From a virus (Duplodnaviria; Caudoviricetes), in the IMG/VR virus record IMGVR_UViG_3300029156_000004, positions 1 through 42,479 of that record: a stretch of 42,479 bases of DNA. One strand, 5' to 3'. The notes beneath the pieces are model-generated. The model worked only from the letters and a program-made list of their open reading frames with translations. It searched no databases and was not told the DNA's origin. Positions 37,649 through 42,479 of the stretch are shown here, in pieces. Positions within the stretch are counted from its first letter, which is position 1. Each line of letters begins with the position of its first letter. The position numbers and the translations under genes are program-made.

Positions 37649-38611
37649 TTAATCCTTGTTGATGAATCGGAACAATCCGTGAGCGATTGACATAACGGGA
37701 TCAGTAGGGACATGCACCATGCCGTCGAAATGTTTTGTGAAATAACCGTTGAGTAGAAGAGATCCGCCGCCCACTACGATGATGGCATCGAAACGCTGCC
37801 AAGTATCGCCCCACGTATCCTCGATAACGCCAGTCACTTCGCCCTCCCATTCGCTCATGGCTGGGCTTACGTCGAGAAATCCGCGGCGTAGTCGGTCGTC
37901 AAGTTCGCCCAGTGTGAACAGTTTCTTTGGGTCTGCGTTGCGGAGTAGGCGTCGCACCCCCGCTTTTGCACCTGATGTTCTGTGATCTACGATTGCCTTG
38001 TTGGATACGCAGAGGACTTCGAGCGTGTTGAACCCTACGCTAATCACACCTACCTCGCCCTTTATTGAATCTCTGCGACTGGCAATCGGCTTGCCAGTTG
38101 GGGACAATGCGTAATCAAATAGCGCAGCAAGTGGCTGCGATGTTACTTTTACATCATCAACATCTACGCCGTAATCCTTACCATCTGACTGCCACGAGTG
38201 AACGCCCTTTAACCATTTCTTTACGTCTGCAATGCTTTGCTTGTGATTCTCGCTGGTCATCATCTCTACAGGCAGTGCGGCAAAGACTGTCACCGATCCA
38301 TTGTATTTTCCATGTTCATTGATACGATTCGTCAGTGCGCCGTAAACCAGCGCTTTGATTTCCTGGCTACTTGTTAGGCGGTCGAAACCCATGTTTTCGA
38401 TGGCCCGACCTGAATTGTGGGCATTACGACCAACGTAGTAACTTCGCCCATCAAACTGAACATCTAGCGCAGACTTAGATTTGTTTGCACCAGTCGCAGC
38501 GACAAAGCGTTTTCCGCCACCAGTTGATACGAATGATGGTAGATGCGTGCCACCTGCACTGTCCCACAACTTGATTGCTCCCATTCCTGGGTCCATTCCG
38601 ATAAATTCCAT
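37649..38611 (-). CDS. parM: ParM/StbA family actin-like ATPase
   Basis: GMDPGMGAIK (phosphate 1), ALPV, SQP, ISVGFNT (phosphate 2), VVGGGS (adenosine), PVMSIAHGL. Confidence 0.9.
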   Translation of the reverse strand: MEFIGMDPGMGAIKLWDSAGGTHLPSFVSTGGGKRFVAATGANKSKSALDVQFDGRSYYVGRNAHNSGRAIENMGFDRLTSSQEIKALVYGALTNRINEHGKYNGSVTVFAALPVEMMTSENHKQSIADVKKWLKGVHSWQSDGKDYGVDVDDVKVTSQPLAALFDYALSPTGKPIASRRDSIKGEVGVISVGFNTLEVLCVSNKAIVDHRTSGAKAGVRRLLRNADPKKLFTLGELDDRLRRGFLDVSPAMSEWEGEVTGVIEDTWGDTWQRFDAIIVVGGGSLLLNGYFTKHFDGMVHVPTDPVMSIAHGLFRFINKD

Positions 38612-38707
38612 GTTCCTGTTTTCCTTTATTTTGATTGAATCCCAAGTTCTAACGCTCGTTTAACTAATTCCTTCGCCAACTTTGGCTTGATGTGGGCAAG
38701 CGCTGAT

Positions 38708-38998
38708 TCAATCATTCACCATGCCATCTGCTCTTTTGACAGAATCGTCTTTGAAGCACTTCCAGCACAGCCGCTCTTCTTCCTGATCGCTTCCAGCGTC
38801 GTCAACCTGTAGGTGATGAGGCTTTCCACAATTGCGACACTGGGTCGGTTTGCGTAACTTCGATTGCCAATCCTCATGACTTATCACGACGGCAACGGGT
38901 CTTCCATACCGACTGATGACGGTGTGGCTGCCACGGAGACAATCTTCTAAAATTTTGCCAACTTGCTTTTTTACTGCTGAACTCTCAATCATACTCAT
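38708..38998 (-). CDS. Phd/YefM-family antitoxin-like protein with C-terminal zinc finger
   Basis: [18 protein letters not shown]; CRNC...CWKC; AAGGAG RBS. Confidence 0.8.
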   Translation of the reverse strand: MSMIESSAVKKQVGKILEDCLRGSHTVISRYGRPVAVVISHEDWQSKLRKPTQCRNCGKPHHLQVDDAGSDQEEERLCWKCFKDDSVKRADGMVND

Positions 38999-39056
38999 TT
39001 TTTGTTCTCCTTAATGATATTGTGGGCCTTGCTATGCGCTTGCCCCTGTTGTGCAT

Positions 39057-39101
39057 ATCGTACCATGTTGCCCCAACACCGTCAACCCCTAAACCCCAAC
39101 A
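39057..39101 (-). promoter_or_regulatory. Sigma70 promoter with operator-like repeats
   Basis: TTGACG-17 bp-TACGAT; TGTTG-ccc-CAACA inverted repeat in the spacer; CCCCAACA at 39071 and 39094. Confidence 0.75.
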
Positions 39102-39120
39102 TCTCATTTTTTTAAGGAAC

Positions 39121-39170
39121 AAAAAAGCGCCACAACCATAAACGCTCGGCGCTTATTATTGAGTTGTGGC
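39121..39170 (-). terminator. Terminator with a possible alternative pairing
   Basis: aagcgcc/ggcgctt stem plus T tract; competing gccacaac/gttgtggc. Confidence 0.5.
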
Positions 39171-39211
39171 CAGGGTCGCAATCATTGCCAGTGAATTTTA
39201 ATCATCTCCCG

Positions 39212-39385
39212 CTAATCATGCAGCAGCCCTTTCCCCGTTGCGACACCGCTGGCTATCCCAGAGATGATCGCCGCCGCTATCAGTATGCCGCAAATGGTAT
39301 CGGTTAGCGACGTGTCTGGCAGCGAGAAGATCGCTGCTACGGCCAGTAAAAACCAAGTTGTTGCTTCGCGTTTAATAAAGTTCAT
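39212..39385 (-). CDS. Small two-TM membrane protein (57 aa)
   Basis: MNFIKREATTWFLLAVAAIFSL...ICGILIAAAIISGIA; GAGG RBS. Confidence 0.6.
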   Translation of the reverse strand: MNFIKREATTWFLLAVAAIFSLPDTSLTDTICGILIAAAIISGIASGVATGKGLLHD

Positions 39386-39397
39386 ATTGTTTTTCCT

Positions 39398-39826
39398 CTA
39401 GAGAATAAATCCATCCCATACTGCGTACATAAATGCCAACACCGCCACTAGAGCGCCAACCGCCAAAAACAATCTTTCTGTTTTGAATGTTGGCATCTCG
39501 GCCCGCGGCAGACCTTTGATGTATCTGTCAATCGCCCAGAGATCAAATCCGCTTAAGTAATACCATTCGTTTCGTCCCCTTTTCTGAATTTTCCGGTGCT
39601 TGAACATGCGATGTAGTTTTGCCTCCATCGCATGGTGATCGTTCACGACGTACTCGGCGTAGATGCTAACAGGGTAGGATGACCCCGTACGCGCATCTGA
39701 TAGTCGAGTCTCCGCCGTGTGCCTCGTCTTTCCTATCTTGAAATGGCCGGTGAAGATGCCGCCAGTCGCTAGCCGAACTATCAATGGCACATGCTTTTTG
39801 AGGATGTATACGGTTCCTGCCGCCAT
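39398..39826 (-). CDS. GIY-YIG nuclease (T5orf172/Mug113-like) with C-terminal TM anchor
   Basis: VYIL...FKIGKT...RL...TG...EAKLH..F...NEWY; hydrophobic tail; TAATG coupling. Confidence 0.85.
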   Translation of the reverse strand: MAAGTVYILKKHVPLIVRLATGGIFTGHFKIGKTRHTAETRLSDARTGSSYPVSIYAEYVVNDHHAMEAKLHRMFKHRKIQKRGRNEWYYLSGFDLWAIDRYIKGLPRAEMPTFKTERLFLAVGALVAVLAFMYAVWDGFIL

Positions 39827-40161
39827 TAGTTCACCACCTCGGATTCTGGATTGATAATCAATACCGTGCCGTTGCGGATGTCTTCGTACAATTTCGTTTG
39901 CTTTCGAGTGCGCCACCAATAGGCAACGACGGCGCAGAGGGCGGCAGCGACGAACACTACAGCGTACCATGTCATTGTTGCCAACTGCGCAACAAGCGCC
40001 CATATTAGTGGTGCGATCCACACAATCAGTTTCGCGATTCCGATAGCGATGATTGGTGTGAGCCACATGATGAGTTTTGCCGCGCCGATAATCACCAGCA
40101 GGATAAGGCCAAAGAGGAGCCAACTGGGCGATGGTAGTTGAAGTTTTTGTTTGAGTGTCAT
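39826..40161 (-). CDS. Multi-pass membrane protein
   Basis: About 70 hydrophobic residues with an internal repeat AKLIxW..P.I. Confidence 0.75.
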   Translation of the reverse strand: MTLKQKLQLPSPSWLLFGLILLVIIGAAKLIMWLTPIIAIGIAKLIVWIAPLIWALVAQLATMTWYAVVFVAAALCAVVAYWWRTRKQTKLYEDIRNGTVLIINPESEVVN

Positions 40162-40186
40162 AATTTTTATCCTAATGTGCTGGTGA

Positions 40187-41791
40187 TTATCGGTTACTGA
40201 TTTTTCCGCGCGCTGGGGAGTATGGTAATGGTAGCCCCATTTCTAGGCGAACACCATTTATCATCGACGCGAACTTGCGACCTTTGCGGTCGTTTGTTTT
40301 GTTCGGATGATTAAATACCTCTAATATAATGCGGCCATTACTGAATCCATCGCGCAGACTAATTTCGACTTGAATTCTCTGTGACGGGGTTAAATCCTGC
40401 GCGGCATCGATGTAAATCATATGCTCTGGCTGTACATCCGGACCTACAGCCGGACCTACAGCCATTGTGGGTGGCTGTAGGTCTTCAATTTGGGGTACAA
40501 CCGCCGGACCGGATGTAGGACCGGCTGTAGGTCCGGATGTAGGTCCGGATGTAGGACCGGCTGTAGGCATAACTGCCTCTATATGACCCTGATCACACAG
40601 AGGAATCTGCAAACGCGTGCGCTTAATGTCCGTATTGTTCATCAGGCAAACGCCCGTAGGTAAATCATCAATGGCGCGGAAGTCACCAAAACTCTCAATC
40701 ACCTGCGCTCCATCCTTGGGCATTCGATGAATAATGCTTGTCTGCGCAGCGCGGCGGAGTTTGAATCCAAGATCGCCCATCTCTGACTTTGACCAAAATT
40801 GCGATATGCAGAATGCAAATATATTGAACTTTCGAAAACTTTTCAGAATGATAGGTAGCGATTTTTCTGCATATTGACGTTCCTCATCTGTCGCCATCGC
40901 GGCAAACTCGGCCACCTCATCAATGACAAAAAGCAATGGATCAAAGTCGTTCGGCCGCGAGCCTTCAACTCGAGCGCGGCGCTCTCCTTCCAGCATGACA
41001 CAACGCAGCATTTCCATACCGTCTTCAAACTCAATTGCTGGAGGCATGAAAAAACTACCGGACAACGGGGCTAGGCTTGACAAAATTCCCTCCTCGCTGT
41101 TGCCGTGCGGGTCAAAGATTGCCAATCGCCAACCAAGCATTGCGTATTGGGCCAATAGGAATCTGGTTGTGTTGCTTTTACCGCTGCCAGATAATCCACC
41201 ACAAACAATCGATTTGACTTTGTGCGGCTTGGCATATAGCGGTTGTCCGTCTACGTACCCTAGCATGACGTTTATGCTCCCCAAAGCGCCATCCCTGACC
41301 AGTTCCCCGAAGTTGGGGACAGTATGATTCCCCAATGCTGCTATCTCGCCATCCATCTGTGCGCCATCGCTTTTGTTGCTGTAATGAAGGCTCCCTGGCA
41401 CGTTCGGGTGTGTGCGGCCCGCATCGATATTCATCTCTAGCAGGTTGACGGCGTTACCGGCCATTTCGCCAGATGCAATTAGGTTGCGCGCAACTGGCAG
41501 AACATTGCCTTTCGGATTGATGATTTGCAGATCTAGCAGCGCACGCTGATTATCAATTGCCATGCGCTCCAAATAAAGGCGGTTCTCCTCGTTGCTTAAT
41601 CGCGCGTTTCCTACAGCGATGAACGATTTGTGCAGTGCGTAGATGATTGCGGCCAACCCGAACAGCAGACAAGCAACGAGCGCGATCTCACCAATCACGT
41701 CCATGATGTACGGAATTGAATCCGCAATCATTGCTGTCGTTGCGAATATTGTAATGGCCACTATGACCACGATTGATGCTTGCTTACCCAT
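40187..41791 (-). CDS. FtsK/SpoIIIE/TraB-like membrane-anchored P-loop ATPase
   Basis: Two N-terminal TMs, GGLSGSGKS, FDPH, LFVIDE, RKF...ISQ, Pro-rich linker, small C-terminal helical domain. Confidence 0.85.
   Translation of the reverse strand: MGKQASIVVIVAITIFATTAMIADSIPYIMDVIGEIALVACLLFGLAAIIYALHKSFIAVGNARLSNEENRLYLERMAIDNQRALLDLQIINPKGNVLPVARNLIASGEMAGNAVNLLEMNIDAGRTHPNVPGSLHYSNKSDGAQMDGEIAALGNHTVPNFGELVRDGALGSINVMLGYVDGQPLYAKPHKVKSIVCGGLSGSGKSNTTRFLLAQYAMLGWRLAIFDPHGNSEEGILSSLAPLSGSFFMPPAIEFEDGMEMLRCVMLEGERRARVEGSRPNDFDPLLFVIDEVAEFAAMATDEERQYAEKSLPIILKSFRKFNIFAFCISQFWSKSEMGDLGFKLRRAAQTSIIHRMPKDGAQVIESFGDFRAIDDLPTGVCLMNNTDIKRTRLQIPLCDQGHIEAVMPTAGPTSGPTSGPTAGPTSGPAVVPQIEDLQPPTMAVGPAVGPDVQPEHMIYIDAAQDLTPSQRIQVEISLRDGFSNGRIILEVFNHPNKTNDRKGRKFASMINGVRLEMGLPLPYSPARGKISNR
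40428..40567. repeat. Cluster of direct and inverted 12-bp-period repeats (core TACAKCC) inside the ATPase gene
   Basis: GGMTGTA at 40428, 40473, 40511, 40523, 40535, 40547, 40559; TACAKCC at 40433, 40445, 40457. Confidence 0.92.
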
Positions 41792-41859
41792 GCTGACTCC
41801 TGCTATCCAGTAAAAATACTTTTAAAACCATGCGATTTGTTAGAGATATGTAGAGTTTG

Positions 41860-42126
41860 TTACCGTTTGTTAGACTTCTGACTGCTGATTAATAACCTTC
41901 TAATGATGACAAATATCAAAATTACTAGTGTTGCCACTAGCCATCCGACTACAATTATCTGCACGCCGATCACGAAAATGTGTAGCAGCAGATCCCCTAT
42001 CTGGTATCCAGTCATATAGACGGCAGCGCACGCCAGCGCGATTGCAGAAACTATGAACTCCCCTAACCCACCTACTCGCCCGGCTTTTTCTACCGTCTGG
42101 ATTATGACGTTGATCTTGTCGCTCAA
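41860..42126 (-). CDS. Two-TM membrane protein
   Basis: GGAGG RBS, TTG start, two hydrophobic helices, basic tail. Confidence 0.7.
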   Translation of the reverse strand: MSDKINVIIQTVEKAGRVGGLGEFIVSAIALACAAVYMTGYQIGDLLLHIFVIGVQIIVVGWLVATLVILIFVIIRRLLISSQKSNKR

Positions 42127-42151
42127 AACTGCCTCCCCTGTTCCTTGAAAT

Positions 42152-42283
42152 AAAAAACGCTCAACGGTTTGCGTTGAGCGTGTGAGCGCATGATGTGTGA
42201 TATGCTTTCCATCATACCGCCCGTTGTCGCTTCAACGGTCTGGTTTAGACTACCGCAGGTGTGGATGTCACCTGCGGTAGTCG
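42152..42283 (-). promoter_or_regulatory. Structured leader/attenuator upstream of the membrane-ATPase operon
   Basis: 14-bp hairpin 42248-42282, small hairpin 42221-42238, terminator 42157-42181 plus T tract. Confidence 0.6.
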
Positions 42284-42285
42284 AT

Positions 42286-42462
42286 TTATTCGCCAATCAA
42301 TTCCTTGTATTTATCGTAATTCATTAACACTGCAACGTGCCTACCGTGGCGAGTCACAATAATAACCTTCTCCTCATGCTCCAGCACGCTATCAACGTGC
42401 TTTCTCAGAAAGTCTCTGAGATTCTGAATTACTACCTTTACCTCGCTGATTTTGCCCACCTT
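42286..42462 (-). CDS. Phd/YefM-family antitoxin-like protein (5' end possibly cut by the window edge)
   Basis: NLRDFLRKHVDSV...IIVTRHGRHVAVLMNYDKYKEL; not in the ORF track. Confidence 0.8.
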   Translation of the reverse strand, partial: KVGKISEVKVVIQNLRDFLRKHVDSVLEHEEKVIIVTRHGRHVAVLMNYDKYKELIGE

Positions 42463-42479
42463 GATCGTGACTGGGAAAC
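42463..42479 (-). other. Random-amplification primer tag, technical sequence
   Basis: Reverse complement of bases 1-17. Confidence 0.9.

Noticed and set aside
38708-38998. Complete type II toxin-antitoxin system
   Set aside because: No RelE, Doc or PIN toxin ORF adjacent; the downstream gene is parM
39826-40123. N-terminal extension of the GIY-YIG ORF (241-aa call)
   Set aside because: Overlaps the membrane protein gene in another frame; TAATG coupling and GGAGG-like RBS support the start at 39826
40428-40567. CRISPR or mini-array
   Set aside because: 12-bp tandem units with no spacers; no cas genes
1-42479. 17-bp terminal inverted repeat suggesting a linear genome or transposon ends
   Set aside because: The sequence matches the standard random-amplification primer tag GTTTCCCAGTCACGATC and cuts into a Phd-like ORF; it is technical
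1-42479. tRNA or rRNA genes; alternative genetic code
   Set aside because: No cloverleaf or rRNA-like segment recognised by eye; core genes are intact under the standard code

Overview
The window is most of a tailed (HK97-type head, siphovirus-type tail) temperate phage genome, about 50% GC. The host is possibly a Chloroflexota member (inference from lysin architecture and gene style only). Both ends carry the 17-nt random-amplification primer GTTTCCCAGTCACGATC, so the ends are technical and the genome is probably incomplete: no integrase, CI-like repressor or replication initiator is visible. The + strand arm (62-9177) holds an SF2 helicase, four DNA methyltransferases, nucleases, DUF5131, a MazG-like protein and an ATP-cone stub. 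It converges at a terminator near 9200 with a long - strand arm. From the right end that arm reads: Phd-like gene; a membrane operon with an FtsK/TraB-like ATPase and a membrane-anchored GIY-YIG nuclease; a second Phd-like gene; ParM/ParR plus palindromic centromere-like sites; pentapeptide protein; lysis region; terminase, portal, MuF, protease, capsid and tail genes. Most interesting: (1) a putative phage-plasmid carrying a TraB-like translocase whose own gene contains about 11 direct and inverted copies of a short motif, resembling a Streptomyces clt transfer locus; (2) a 2H phosphoesterase (Acb1/LigT-like) fused to the prohead protease; (3) several leader RNAs with terminator/antiterminator architecture; (4) a captured Type ISP methyltransferase fragment and a CHAT pseudo-protease in the lysis region. 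Three genes show apparent frameshifts that may be sequencing errors. All family assignments come from motif recognition by eye, not database searches.
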